From Candidatus Hydrogenedentota bacterium (GTDB lineage: Bacteria; Hydrogenedentota; Hydrogenedentia; Hydrogenedentales; SLHB01), in NCBI GenBank assembly GCA_029974275.1, contig JARKSN010000313.1:2855-66854 (forward strand): a stretch of 64,000 nucleotides of DNA, written 5' to 3'. Shown here piece by piece: positions 1 through 9,519 of the stretch. Each line of letters starts with the position of its first letter. Positions within the stretch are counted from its first letter, which is position 1. The notes beneath the pieces were generated by a model. It saw only the letters and a list, made by a program, of their open reading frames with translations, made no database searches and had not been told where the DNA came from. Both the position numbers and the translations under genes were made by a program.

Positions 1-199
1 AGAACACGTAATCCACCGGCTCGCGCAATACACGGGCAATACGCAACGCCAACAAGACCGACGGGTGCAGACGGCAACGCTCAATGGCAATGATGCTTTG
101 CCGCGAAACCCCAATTTCACGCGCCAAATCCACCTGCCGCAGCCCAAGACGCGCCCGAAGCTCACGTATTCTATTTTTCGCAACTGTATTGCTAATCAT
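1..199 (-). CDS. XRE-family helix-turn-helix transcriptional regulator, N-terminal part only (gene continues past window start)
   Basis: Minus-strand ATG at 199 reads MISNTVAKNRIRELRARLGLRQVDLAREIGVSRQSIIAIERCRLHPSVLLALRIARVLREPVDYVF, a classic Cro/C1 HTH_3 signature. It is absent from the ORF track because it runs off the window edge. Confidence 0.6.
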   Translation of the reverse strand, partial: MISNTVAKNRIRELRARLGLRQVDLAREIGVSRQSIIAIERCRLHPSVLLALRIARVLREPVDYVF

Positions 200-844
200 A
201 ATAAAAGTCTATCATATTCTACCTCCCAAATCAACCCCCAGGAGATATCACTTTACACTTTCTGCAAACGGCGTGGCCGTCTCCAACAAAAACCACCTGA
301 AAATCAACGCCGATCGAACAGCAGTTGAATCCTTCGGCTCCAAATCTCGCCCCTATATGTAAAGTTATCTATACATTGCTCGGGGCGCGCCGTGTGTGAT
401 GTGAAGTTTTTTGTACACGACGCAAGAAGGGAGCGCATGTTTTATATGCGCATTTTTCGCTAGGTTAATTATTTCGGCCTAGGTCCACTATTTCCGGACA
501 TCTACCCCCCCAAGATATCGGCTGGTCCTTCTTTCCGCCGACATCATGGTTCCAAAACGGGGCCGATGTTGCGTGACACATCGAAAAAACAAGGTTTCCA
601 GAAGCAAGGCCTTGCAGCGCGCAAGCGCCGATGCAACGCCCAGCCGTCTCCCAAAAATGAAAGCCCTCATCCTCATGGATCGTTTTCAGGCGCGGGGGCT
701 CGTTCCCATCATGCGACCACGCCCCCTCCGAAGCCCTTTCGAAAGTAAATACTCCTTTACTTTCTGGCAACAGGATTGCCTTTTCTGCTTGCGGCTTCCC
801 GGGTCTCACCGAATTGATCGATGGACCTGGCCCGGCAAGGCGCG

Positions 845-3800
845 TCATTGGGCTGCCATCGCCGGGGCTGAATTGGCGTCGCCTTCAAGCGATTTCGCCG
901 CTGCGGTCGCGGATTTCACCTCGCTGATGTAGAGGATGCTTTCGGAAGTGCTCTTGCCGCCGGTGGCCACGAGTTGCAGCGTGCACAGAAGCCCCGGCTG
1001 CATCGCGGCCGCCGCGCTCTGTCCGCCCTTGATGACGACAAGCAGTTCGCCCGGCCGCACGACGGAGCTGGAGATGGTTTTACCTGTCGCCGCATTGCCC
1101 AACGCCGCCGCAGCAGCAGCACGCGCGGACGGAGTGGTGAAGCGGGTTGGATCGTAGTTGAGAACGAACTGGATCGTAGCCGGTTTGGCGCCCATCGGGA
1201 TCTCGACGAACACCGGTATGTCGAGCACGCTTCCCGCCTTCACGACGCCCTGCGGACGAAGGGAGAGCTGGACATCCGGGACGAAGTAGGTGAATGCGTC
1301 GCGCAGGGTAGCCGTGCCGTTTGCCGCGACGGCCTGCACGCTGACCGCGCCATTGCCCTGGGGCGTCAAGGCGACGATGCCGTTGCCTCCGGGCAGGACG
1401 CGGAACCACGGGGCGGACGCAGCGCCAAAGGCAACGCTCGTGACGCCGGCAAGATTGGCTCCGGTGATCGTGACCAGCGTGCCGCCGACGGCGCTGCCGC
1501 GGGCAGGGGCCAATTGAGCCAGCGTGGGCACGGCTTCGGTGGCGCGCGCTTCCGCGAGAATGAGGCCGTCGTTCAACTCAGCCACCGTGAAGCGGAGAGT
1601 CGCCGTTTCCCCGGCTCCGGCCGTTGCCAGCGCGCGGAAGGTCAACACGGCCAGCACGCCCGATCCTTGGATAGGCTGGGCCCCGGCGCCGGCCAGTCGC
1701 AGCACGCCATTTTGAACATTCGCCACGGGAACCGGCCATGCATCGGTCAGGAGACCTTTGTTGAAGCCGACAAACTCGATCTGCGCGGGATCATATGCGA
1801 TTTCCGCGTAATAGCCGGCCACGGCCTCCGCGTTGTCTATCTGGATAGGGACTTGAAGGTCCGCATTCGCGCGCAGCGCCAAGGCGCCGGTGATGGTCAC
1901 GACACGCTTGGGAGCGCTGGGATCCGGAGAAGCAGGGGGCTGAGCGCCAACATCGGGGCCTTTGCCGTTCTTGTTGACGTCGGCAGGGAAGGACGCCAAC
2001 GTCCCCGCGGCATGTTTCAAAATCAGCGCGGCATCATAGGCGCCCACGACTGCCGGGGTGCGGGCGCTAACGTTTCCGCCGCCCAGATCGTCCGGCTTGC
2101 CCGAAAGCTGGGCCACCGGCAATTGCGCGATGAGCCCCACGCGCCGCTGGAGGACATAGGTTGCGTCTTGGGCGGTGGCCAGGCTGTCGCCATCGACATC
2201 GCCCCACGTGAACTGCCCTGCAGCGCCTTCAATGGTAAGGCTGCCGTCGTGCGTCGCGACCTTCAAGGCGTTCCGGTTCAACGAAACGCTCGACAGGGTC
2301 AGCGGCGTCACGCCCGCGGCAGCGGAAGGCAGTATGCGCAATTGCAGGGAGGCCAGGACGCCGCCGCCCGCGGCAAGGGCCTGGCCGGCGCCGGACACCG
2401 TCACGTAGTTGGCGCCTTTGTCGACTTGAACGCCGCCCCAGCGGCTCACGAGTGCGCCGTTGCTGGCTCCGGTGCAGTCGATTTTGGCATTGTCAAAGCG
2501 GACAGTCACGCTGAAACTCGTAATCCCCGCAGCGTTATTCAACGTGACGGGACAGGAGACCACCGCACTCGGAGCGGCGGTGAGAGTCGTCGGAATCGAA
2601 ACGATCAGGCCTTCTTCGCTGGGCGCATAGGTCGCTTGAAACGTAACGGTCGCGTCCTTGGCCAGGAAGGCGGCCTCTGCGGGAGGCGTGACGTAGCCAG
2701 TCACAGGCGAATACGCAATGGTGACCGCGCCGGTCGCCACGTTCGTCAGCGTCGTCGATCCCGTTCCGGCGTGAGAGACAGAGTCGGCGTCGGTCACCGT
2801 CCACCGGGCCGTGTCCGGCGAAACAGAAACCGCGACAGAACCCGCGTCGCGCGCGAGAACTGCCGAGACCGTGGCGTCGGCATTCATGACCACGCGGGCC
2901 TGGTTCGGATTCGTGGCGTCCTGAACGGCGCCGGACCAAGAAACAAGCGAATAGCCGCTTTCGGTTTGAGGAACATACGTGAGGGTCACGGCTGTGCCCG
3001 GCGCATACCGGTTGTCGGCGTCGGGCGCGGGGCTGGCGGTCACTTCGCCGTGGGAGGGCGAAAGCAACGTCAAGCGATAGGCTGTCGTGACGATTACCTG
3101 GCGCACCACGGCGACGGCCGCGTTCCCGGCGATATCGCTGACGGTGTACGTGACGGTGTATTGTCCCGCAACGGCCGTGTTGACGGCGTTCGTTGCGACG
3201 ATGCTCGCGCTAAGATCGCCGTCGATGGCGTCGGAAGCGGTTGCCCCTTCGTCGACATAGCTGGCTCCCTGGGAAACGGTAACGCGGGATTCCCCGATGA
3301 GGGCGATAACGGGAGGCGTCTTGTCGTACGCGGCGGAAACCATGCCCGAATCGGCAGGCGCGGGAGACGTATTGCCGGCATTGTCCTCGGCTTGGATCGC
3401 AAAATAGTATCTCCCCTCGGCGGAGGGAGAGAAACCGAAGGTTCCGGAAGAGGCCATCCGGGTTTGGCCGGTGTTGGTCCACGCGGCGTCCCCCTCTTTC
3501 TTGTACCACAAGGTGACGGTCTTCAGGCCGCTTCCCCCGGTGTCCCCGGCGTTGGCATAACTCAAGGTCAACGGGCCATTGATAGAGGGTGGACACTCCA
3601 TGGTTCCGGTCGTCGGCGCGGCATTGTCGAACACGGTCGACGACGCGTTCTCGACGGCCAGTTGCGGATTGACGTACACGGAATTCGCTATCTCGAGGGC
3701 GCTCTTCATAGAAGGAGAGAGGTCGAGCGGGGCGCTGGCGTCGAAACCGAACGCCCGGCCTGGCCCCCAACACGCCCAACACGCTACAAGACACATCATG

Positions 3801-3847
3801 CTCCGGAAGCAGACCGTGGAGATTGCTGGATGGTGGGCAAGTTTCAT
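845..3847 (-). CDS. Very large secreted cell-surface protein with Ig-like (DUF5011-type), dockerin-like, two cohesin-like and IPT/TIG domains; scaffoldin-like
   Basis: 1000-aa ORF with a hydrophobic N-terminus. Motifs recognised: a TPPVIALIGES...YTVTYTVSDIAGN segment (DUF5011-like Ig), GDVDGDSLATAQDATYVLQ (dockerin-like Ca-binding repeat), two cohesin-like segments (VVTITGALALRANADLQVPIQIDNAEAVAGYYAEIAYDPAQIEFVG and PATIQFVLNYDPTRF...ILYISEVK) and an IPT/TIG-like segment (GGTLVTITGANLAGVTSVAFG). The opposite-strand 967-aa ORF is Arg/Gly-rich junk. The true start may be M17/M18. Confidence 0.75.
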   Translation of the reverse strand: MKLAHHPAISTVCFRSMMCLVACWACWGPGRAFGFDASAPLDLSPSMKSALEIANSVYVNPQLAVENASSTVFDNAAPTTGTMECPPSINGPLTLSYANAGDTGGSGLKTVTLWYKKEGDAAWTNTGQTRMASSGTFGFSPSAEGRYYFAIQAEDNAGNTSPAPADSGMVSAAYDKTPPVIALIGESRVTVSQGASYVDEGATASDAIDGDLSASIVATNAVNTAVAGQYTVTYTVSDIAGNAAVAVVRQVIVTTAYRLTLLSPSHGEVTASPAPDADNRYAPGTAVTLTYVPQTESGYSLVSWSGAVQDATNPNQARVVMNADATVSAVLARDAGSVAVSVSPDTARWTVTDADSVSHAGTGSTTLTNVATGAVTIAYSPVTGYVTPPAEAAFLAKDATVTFQATYAPSEEGLIVSIPTTLTAAPSAVVSCPVTLNNAAGITSFSVTVRFDNAKIDCTGASNGALVSRWGGVQVDKGANYVTVSGAGQALAAGGGVLASLQLRILPSAAAGVTPLTLSSVSLNRNALKVATHDGSLTIEGAAGQFTWGDVDGDSLATAQDATYVLQRRVGLIAQLPVAQLSGKPDDLGGGNVSARTPAVVGAYDAALILKHAAGTLASFPADVNKNGKGPDVGAQPPASPDPSAPKRVVTITGALALRANADLQVPIQIDNAEAVAGYYAEIAYDPAQIEFVGFNKGLLTDAWPVPVANVQNGVLRLAGAGAQPIQGSGVLAVLTFRALATAGAGETATLRFTVAELNDGLILAEARATEAVPTLAQLAPARGSAVGGTLVTITGANLAGVTSVAFGAASAPWFRVLPGGNGIVALTPQGNGAVSVQAVAANGTATLRDAFTYFVPDVQLSLRPQGVVKAGSVLDIPVFVEIPMGAKPATIQFVLNYDPTRFTTPSARAAAAAALGNAATGKTISSSVVRPGELLVVIKGGQSAAAAMQPGLLCTLQLVATGGKSTSESILYISEVKSATAAAKSLEGDANSAPAMAAQ

Positions 3848-4010
3848 GTTGGGTTCCCTCGCTTGCTTGACTGTTAGGCCTTTGCCCGGCCGCTGCGAGC
3901 CCAGGAGTGCGGTCTCATGGGCGCGACAGAGCCGATGGACGTTTCCGGCATCGGCCTGTCGCGGTAGTCGGTTGAAACCACGCTCCTAGCATAGCAGGAA
4001 GGACCTGGGC

Positions 4011-4643
4011 TTACAATCCCAAGGCCGCGTTAATCACTATCTGCACGTCCATGGCGTCGACCGAACCCGAGGCGTCCATATCCGTCGGGGCGGGCGTCAC
4101 CAGACGGAGCGCGCCGTTGATGACGAGCTGCACGTCAAAGGCGTCCACGAGTCCGTCGCAGTTCACGTCGCCCCGGACAGTGGACTGCGGGACGGAGGTG
4201 GAGGACAGCGGGTCCGTGCCGGCTTGCATTTCGATCCCATCCCAAAAACCGTCATCGTCGCTATCGGGGAGGTAGGCGTACGTGCCCAACGCATATTCAT
4301 CGGCATTGGTCAAACTATCGCTGTCGCTGTCCTGGGTCGCATCGGTTCCCGTCAGCGGATCGATCCCGTTTTCCACTTCCCATCCGTCCGGCAACGAGTC
4401 GCCGTCGGTATCGGGAAGGTACGGGTTGGTTCCCAGGAGGATTTCGACATCGTCCAATAGTCCATCATTGTCCGTGTCGATCGGCGCTTCGACGATGATC
4501 TGAACGAGGGCGGCGGCGCCCGCCGAAAGGATGGCGGCCTGAGCTGTGGAACCGGCTGTCGCCATGAGGAGAATGAATGCACTCCAGGAGGCCTTGCGAA
4601 GGAATCGCCCTGTCCGGTTCTTTGCGCTCAGTGTCTTCTTCAT
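4011..4643 (-). CDS. Secreted protein with thrombospondin-type-3-like Ca-binding repeats and a C-terminal type-I dockerin repeat pair
   Basis: Signal peptide from internal Met (MKKTLSAKNRTGRFLRKASWSAFILLMATAGSTAQAA). Repeats DTDNDGLLDD, DTDGDSLPDG, DSDSDSLTNADE and DSDDDGFWDG. C-terminal GDVNCDGLVDAFDVQLVINGAL and DASGSVDAMDVQIVINAALGL match the dockerin duplicated F-hand repeat. Confidence 0.7.
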   Translation of the reverse strand: MKKTLSAKNRTGRFLRKASWSAFILLMATAGSTAQAAILSAGAAALVQIIVEAPIDTDNDGLLDDVEILLGTNPYLPDTDGDSLPDGWEVENGIDPLTGTDATQDSDSDSLTNADEYALGTYAYLPDSDDDGFWDGIEMQAGTDPLSSTSVPQSTVRGDVNCDGLVDAFDVQLVINGALRLVTPAPTDMDASGSVDAMDVQIVINAALGL

Positions 4644-5114
4644 AGTCGTGCCCTCGCTGTCTGGGTTTCGCGTCCGGGACGGCATGGTGCATACGTGGCG
4701 CCAACGGACGCTCCCCAGAGCGACATGCGCGCATCTACCGCGTAACTTATTGAAATTCAGTATGTTATCAACGAAAAACGATTCTGGAAATTCGGATCGT
4801 GGAGAGCGACAGGCTGAATCGCATCGACGGGCTTCTGGCGGGCCGTCAAGTTTTCGTCAACCGGAGCGCTGCATACCCCGGCATGGTGTCATAAAAAAGA
4901 TTGATTTTTCAAGTCCGCGATTTTGGCAATCTTAAATGTAAAAGGCGCGGAATAGGTTTACTAGTCCGAACAATATGGCGCAGTAGTAGGTATGGAAAAC
5001 TTAACTTTGTGAAAAAATACGTTTACAAAAAGAGCATTTTATTTTTCGGATCGAGGAGTTGGCAATATCGGAAGTGAATACGCTATTTTTTTGAATATGC
5101 GGCTTTAATGGTAT

Positions 5115-5984
5115 TTATTGAACGTGGCGTCGCACAGCCAGTTCCAGACCCCGCTGCACCAGGTTGATGTCGGTGAGCAGTTGGAGGGCCGCCAGGAGGG
5201 TGAAGAATAGGATGATCCGGTTGAACAGGCGTTCGGATACCCGGTGATGCATCCACTTTCCGAGGTAGGATCCGATGGGGATCAACCATACGAGCGACAA
5301 GTCGAAGAGAAGGACGTCGGTCTCGACCAGCCCCACGGCGAAATAGAATGGCAATTTTGTTATATTGAGCAGTGTAAACATCCAGGCAGTCGTGCCCACG
5401 AATACGTTCTTGCTCATGCCTTGAGCGAACATGTAAAGGCCGACGATGGGGCCCGCAGCGTGGGCCAGGGTGGAACAGAATCCTGCGGAAAGTCCGGCGA
5501 CGATGCTGAAGACAGGTCCTGGAGTAATGCGTTTCACCCAATTCCCGGCGTGTTCTTTTCCCACGATATATAGGGAAAAGACAATGGCAATGACGCCGAC
5601 GAAGCGTTTGATGGGCACGTCGTAGGTTTTGGCGCCTTCCTTGCCGATCCACCACCAGAGGGCCGCTCCAGCGAGGATTCCCGCGACGGCGGGCACATAC
5701 AGGGCGAGGATGGGTTTCCATTGTTTGTTATGGCGGTGGATGTAGATGGCGTTCAGATCGAGCAGGATGAGGAGGGGGAGCATGACGCCGGCTACGCGTT
5801 GGCTGGGCATGACCAGCATCATGAGCGGCAGGGATAAAATGCCCACGCCCCCGGCGAAACCGGATTTGCTGACGCCTTGAATGATGATGGCCACGGAAAC
5901 AAAGAGCCAGAATACCGGCTGGGGCATTCCCGGCGCGATGAAGTCGTCGAACACTCTCGATATCCTTTCCGGCGGCCTCTTCAT
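5115..5984 (-). CDS. TauE/SafE (DUF81) family anion/sulfite exporter-like membrane protein
   Basis: Multi-TM protein with paired Gly-rich helices (GFAGGVGILSLPLMMLV ... GLSAGFCSTLAHAAGPIVGLYMF) typical of DUF81. The ORF-track N-terminal 120-aa Pro/Ser-rich extension overlaps the upstream gene and is discarded. Start set at MKRPPERIS; MPQPVFW at 5927 is the alternative. Confidence 0.65.
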   Translation of the reverse strand: MKRPPERISRVFDDFIAPGMPQPVFWLFVSVAIIIQGVSKSGFAGGVGILSLPLMMLVMPSQRVAGVMLPLLILLDLNAIYIHRHNKQWKPILALYVPAVAGILAGAALWWWIGKEGAKTYDVPIKRFVGVIAIVFSLYIVGKEHAGNWVKRITPGPVFSIVAGLSAGFCSTLAHAAGPIVGLYMFAQGMSKNVFVGTTAWMFTLLNITKLPFYFAVGLVETDVLLFDLSLVWLIPIGSYLGKWMHHRVSERLFNRIILFFTLLAALQLLTDINLVQRGLELAVRRHVQ

Positions 5985-6045
5985 AGAAACGCCCGCCGTC
6001 GAGGCGGCGGGCGTGGAACCCGAGGGGCGCGTAGGGGCTGATCGG

Positions 6046-6729
6046 CTATGGCAACACGACCCAGGCGCCCGGTTCGCAGGCGCTTCCGAGTTTTTGGCCT
6101 GCGGACGATTTCTTGAAGGCGTCGAAATCGGCTCCGGCGGGCGGCAATTGGACGATTTCGCCGGAAGCGGCGCGCAGCAGCCGTTTTTGTGCGTAGACGC
6201 GTTCGACCGTGGCAACGGACACGTTTTCGGCGGCGTTGAGCCGAGCGATCTCGCGGTACAGGTCTTTGCGGTCGACATTTTCGGCGGCAACGACTTTTTG
6301 GGCCTCGTTTTTGGCGCTGGGATCGGCCAACGCCTGGGAAGGCCGGATTTCAAGATAGCCGTTGTTGGCTTCGCCGACAGCGCTGTTCTTTTTGAGTTGC
6401 TCGACGGAAGCGTGACGTTCCTTCATGCGTCCGGCGATTTCGGTGATTCTGGGGGAGGCCGATCGCAGATCGGCGGCGTAGGCGGTGCGGCACGGCGCCA
6501 GCGCATCGAGGATGTCGCGAAGCCGGGAGGATGGAGCGGGGGGCGCGGCGGTCGGTTCGGACAGGGCGTCTTTTTTGCCTTCGACAAAGTCCAGGACGTC
6601 GTCGGCCTGTTTTTCGATGTGCCGGATATCGACGGTGATATGCGCGTCGATGGTATGGCGGGTGGTGATGACGCACCCCAGGGCCAGCGCGCTGGCCGTG
6701 AAGGCGACGAGCGCTACGATGCCTCGCAT
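6046..6729 (-). CDS. YdbL-like (DUF1318) periplasmic lipoprotein
   Basis: Signal peptide with lipobox LALGC. NNGYLEI ... DRKDLYREIARLN ... RVYAQKRL motifs are characteristic of DUF1318/YdbL. Confidence 0.6.
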   Translation of the reverse strand: MRGIVALVAFTASALALGCVITTRHTIDAHITVDIRHIEKQADDVLDFVEGKKDALSEPTAAPPAPSSRLRDILDALAPCRTAYAADLRSASPRITEIAGRMKERHASVEQLKKNSAVGEANNGYLEIRPSQALADPSAKNEAQKVVAAENVDRKDLYREIARLNAAENVSVATVERVYAQKRLLRAASGEIVQLPPAGADFDAFKKSSAGQKLGSACEPGAWVVLP

Positions 6730-7190
6730 GGCGTGTTCCTCCTTTGAAGCGGCGCAAGGGGCCGCGTCCCATTTTTCCCTCTTGTTGCCATTCTACACCT
6801 TGGACGTCCGCCGGGCGAGTTTTATTCGATCTGAATTTGATTGCGGCGGCAGATCGCGTTAGGATGTTTCGCGATTCTTCTGCGCTGCGACAGCGAACGG
6901 GAAGAATCAGCGGGATGGCTGGTTGTATACGGCCTTGCGCGGGGGCTCCTGATTTTGTAGTGCACGCATTGCTCCGGGACCGGAATGCTTGCGCAGGCCG
7001 CAAAGGCCTTTGCACGCGGCGAATGTCTCGGCGCGGTCGGCGCGTGCGGGGGATGTTCTCGCGCCGCAATGCAGGGCGTTTCACGACGATCGCCCGCATC
7101 CATCGCTCAATGGGGAAAGGAGGGATGCCGCCAACCATCAGATCATGTTCCGTATTTCTGCGTCAATATTCCATCAAATAATACAGAAAC

Positions 7191-7210
7191 GGCCCGAACG
7201 TTACGGGCCC
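7191..7210 (+). promoter_or_regulatory. Small hairpin in the 5' leader of the alginate-export-family porin gene
   Basis: GGCCCG-aacgtta-CGGGCC, 17 nt upstream of the ATG and just 5' of the GGGGGGAAACC RBS. Confidence 0.25.
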
Positions 7211-7226
7211 GAAGCGGGGGGAAACC

Positions 7227-8804
7227 ATGCGAACAAGCATCGTGACAATCCTCATTGCCGTCGCGGCATTGGGGGCGGCGCCTGCGCTGGCCGAATTGCA
7301 GAACGTCACCGTCGGCGGCGAAGTGCGCATCAAGACCGATATTATCACGAACTGGATAGTGGATAACGCGCCGGTAGAACTGCGCATTCCTGCGGGCTTC
7401 ATGCCCAAACGCCCCATCGGGGATTTCATTCTGGCCAATCCGATCTTCAATGGCTTGGGCGTTGTCAGTCCGTATGCCTGGAGCAAAGTCAACGACGCCA
7501 ACTGGACAGAACAACGCACGCGGCTGCATGTCGCGGCGGATTTCACGGATGGCGTCGGCGCCTTCGTGGAACTCGAGGCGTACAATTTTTGGGGCGATAA
7601 TTTCCGCTCCGATTACGTCACCGGCGCGGACAACCGGGCCGGAACCAACGTCACGTTGTATCAAGCCTACATTGAAGCCAAGGAAATGTACGGCCTGCCG
7701 CTGTCGCTGCGCGTAGGGCGCCAGGAACTCGCGTTCGGCAGCCAGTGGCTTGTCGGACCAAAGGATTTTGGCCCCAACTACACCGGACGCTCTTTTGACG
7801 CCCTCAAGCTGACCTATGCGACCGACCTCTTCAAGGTCGACGCGTTCGCCTCGAAGCTGTTCGAAGGCGGCACGGTCGAGCAAGACGGCGACGTCGATTT
7901 CTACGGCCTGTACGCGAGTTTCCTGGGCATCGAGGACATCTCGATCGACGCGTACTGGTTCCTTCTGCGGGATGCGCGCCGTCTCTCCGACACGAACCTC
8001 GTCTGGTTCGGCGAATGGGTAGAGAATGTGTTGAAACTGGACGACTACGACGTCTCCAACCTTCACACGGTTGGAATGCGCGGCGCCGGCAAGATCGGCG
8101 GCTTCGATTTCGATGCTGATGTGGCCTACCAGTTCGGCGACGCCGACAGCGTGGGCTATCATTTCAAGCCGTTCCAGTATGGCGACAACCGAGCGGAGTT
8201 CGACGCGTGGGGCTGCAACCTGAACGTCGGCTACACCTTCGACATCGCCATGCAGCCGCGCCTGCACCTCGGCTACAGTTTCTATCAGGGCGCCGACAAC
8301 CGCGACCTGACGTTCTGGGAATGGCTGAATCCCTTCCATCGTCCCGAAGCCAGCGTCAGCTTCAACCGTCTGTTTTCGAACAAGATGGCCAGCGGATTTC
8401 TGGACCTGATGAACGACTACTCGAACGGACACATCTTTGTCACCGATGTCATGGCTCATCCCACGGAATCCGTGACCGTAATCGCAGGGTTGACCTATTA
8501 CTTGGCCGACGAAGCCTTCGCCGAGCCGTACTACGTCAAACTGGGGCGGTACCATATCCCGATCATGCCGAGTTGGTCCTTCTGGACGAAGGAAAGCAGC
8601 CGCGACCTCGGCCTCCAGTCCGACATCATCATCGTGTACGCCTATTCCAAGGACTTGACCACTTCGTTCCATTGGTGCCACCTGTTCACCGGCGACGGGC
8701 TCAAGGATGGCAACTACAATGCATGGAATGGTTTGATGTTCGATGGCGGAAGAGAGGGGAAGGATGGAGATTTCTTCTCGCTTGAGACCTGCCTGAAGTT
8801 CTAG
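7227..8804 (+). CDS. Outer-membrane beta-barrel protein, alginate-export (AlgE-like) porin family
   Basis: Signal peptide MRTSIVTILIAVAALGAAPALA. Long amphipathic beta-strand pattern rich in aromatic residues (YNFWGDNFRSDY, GRQELAFGSQWLVGP, KLTYATDLFKVDAF). GGGGAAACC RBS precedes the ATG. Confidence 0.6.
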   Translation: MRTSIVTILIAVAALGAAPALAELQNVTVGGEVRIKTDIITNWIVDNAPVELRIPAGFMPKRPIGDFILANPIFNGLGVVSPYAWSKVNDANWTEQRTRLHVAADFTDGVGAFVELEAYNFWGDNFRSDYVTGADNRAGTNVTLYQAYIEAKEMYGLPLSLRVGRQELAFGSQWLVGPKDFGPNYTGRSFDALKLTYATDLFKVDAFASKLFEGGTVEQDGDVDFYGLYASFLGIEDISIDAYWFLLRDARRLSDTNLVWFGEWVENVLKLDDYDVSNLHTVGMRGAGKIGGFDFDADVAYQFGDADSVGYHFKPFQYGDNRAEFDAWGCNLNVGYTFDIAMQPRLHLGYSFYQGADNRDLTFWEWLNPFHRPEASVSFNRLFSNKMASGFLDLMNDYSNGHIFVTDVMAHPTESVTVIAGLTYYLADEAFAEPYYVKLGRYHIPIMPSWSFWTKESSRDLGLQSDIIIVYAYSKDLTTSFHWCHLFTGDGLKDGNYNAWNGLMFDGGREGKDGDFFSLETCLKF

Positions 8805-8991
8805 GGCGTTTCACGCAACACATCGATGCCGACACGACGCCGGGCGTCAGCGCATAGCCGCTGGCGCCCGGCGTTTCTCGTGCAACCCCCCAAAGCGCGC
8901 CATTCGCCGTAGCCACGCCCGCTGTTTCCGCCCATCCTTTGGAACGATCCGCAACGGGGATGGTATACTGAATTCACGAGGAGAACGAAAC

Positions 8992-9516
8992 GTGTTGTGC
9001 GAACGATGTCGGAAAAACGCGGCTACGGCCCGGTACAGCGAGGTGGTCCACGGCAAGGTGTCCGTGCGGAACATCTGCAAGTCCTGCCTCGACGCCTTAC
9101 AGGAGGACCCCTCCACCGGGTTCGAGATCGCCGGAGCTCCTGCCGCCAAACGGACAAAAGCCGCCCAGGAACCGGCCGAGCCCGCCATCCCCCACCGATC
9201 GTGTCCGGCATGCGGACTCAGCTTGCGCATGGCGATCAAGGCGGGGCGCATGGGATGCGGCGCGTGCTACCGGAATTTCGGCGACGCCGTCGATTCCCAA
9301 CTGCGCGGGTTGCACGTCTCGTTGCGGCATCGGGGCAAGACGCCCCGCGTCGACGATATCCGCGATCGGGTTCGGGCCGATCTCCACGGCAAGCGCGCCC
9401 TGCTGCGCACCGCGCTCAAACTGGAAGATTACGAAAAAGCGGCCGCGCTCCGGGACGACATCAGAGCCCTGGAGACGGGGCTGGGGGCAACCGCAAGGAC
9501 GCCGGGACATAACTGA
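8992..9516 (+). CDS. mcsA: McsA-like activator of protein arginine kinase (zinc-finger CxxC pairs plus C-terminal UVR motif)
   Basis: GTG start 6 nt after a GGAGAA RBS. CERC...CKSC and CPAC...CGAC zinc-finger pairs. C-terminal LKLEDYEKAAALRDDIRALE is a UvrB/UvrC-type motif. The stop lies 4 nt before mcsB. Confidence 0.6.
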   Translation: MLCERCRKNAATARYSEVVHGKVSVRNICKSCLDALQEDPSTGFEIAGAPAAKRTKAAQEPAEPAIPHRSCPACGLSLRMAIKAGRMGCGACYRNFGDAVDSQLRGLHVSLRHRGKTPRVDDIRDRVRADLHGKRALLRTALKLEDYEKAAALRDDIRALETGLGATARTPGHN

Positions 9517-9519
9517 TTC

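Noticed and set aside
974-3877. 967-aa plus-strand ORF spanning the scaffoldin-like gene
   Set aside because: Arg/Gly/Ala-rich low-complexity translation with no motifs. The minus-strand frame has clear DUF5011, cohesin and TIG domain signatures. Typical antisense ORF of a high-GC gene.
5985-6353. N-terminal 120-aa Pro/Ser/Thr-rich extension of the TauE-like ORF
   Set aside because: Overlaps the well-supported YdbL-like gene in another frame. The TauE family does not carry such an extension. An internal Met start was chosen instead.
7143-8681. 512-aa minus-strand ORF opposite the alginate-export porin gene
   Set aside because: Antisense artefact. No start context. Composition dominated by Val/Ala/Arg from GC-rich third positions of the real gene.
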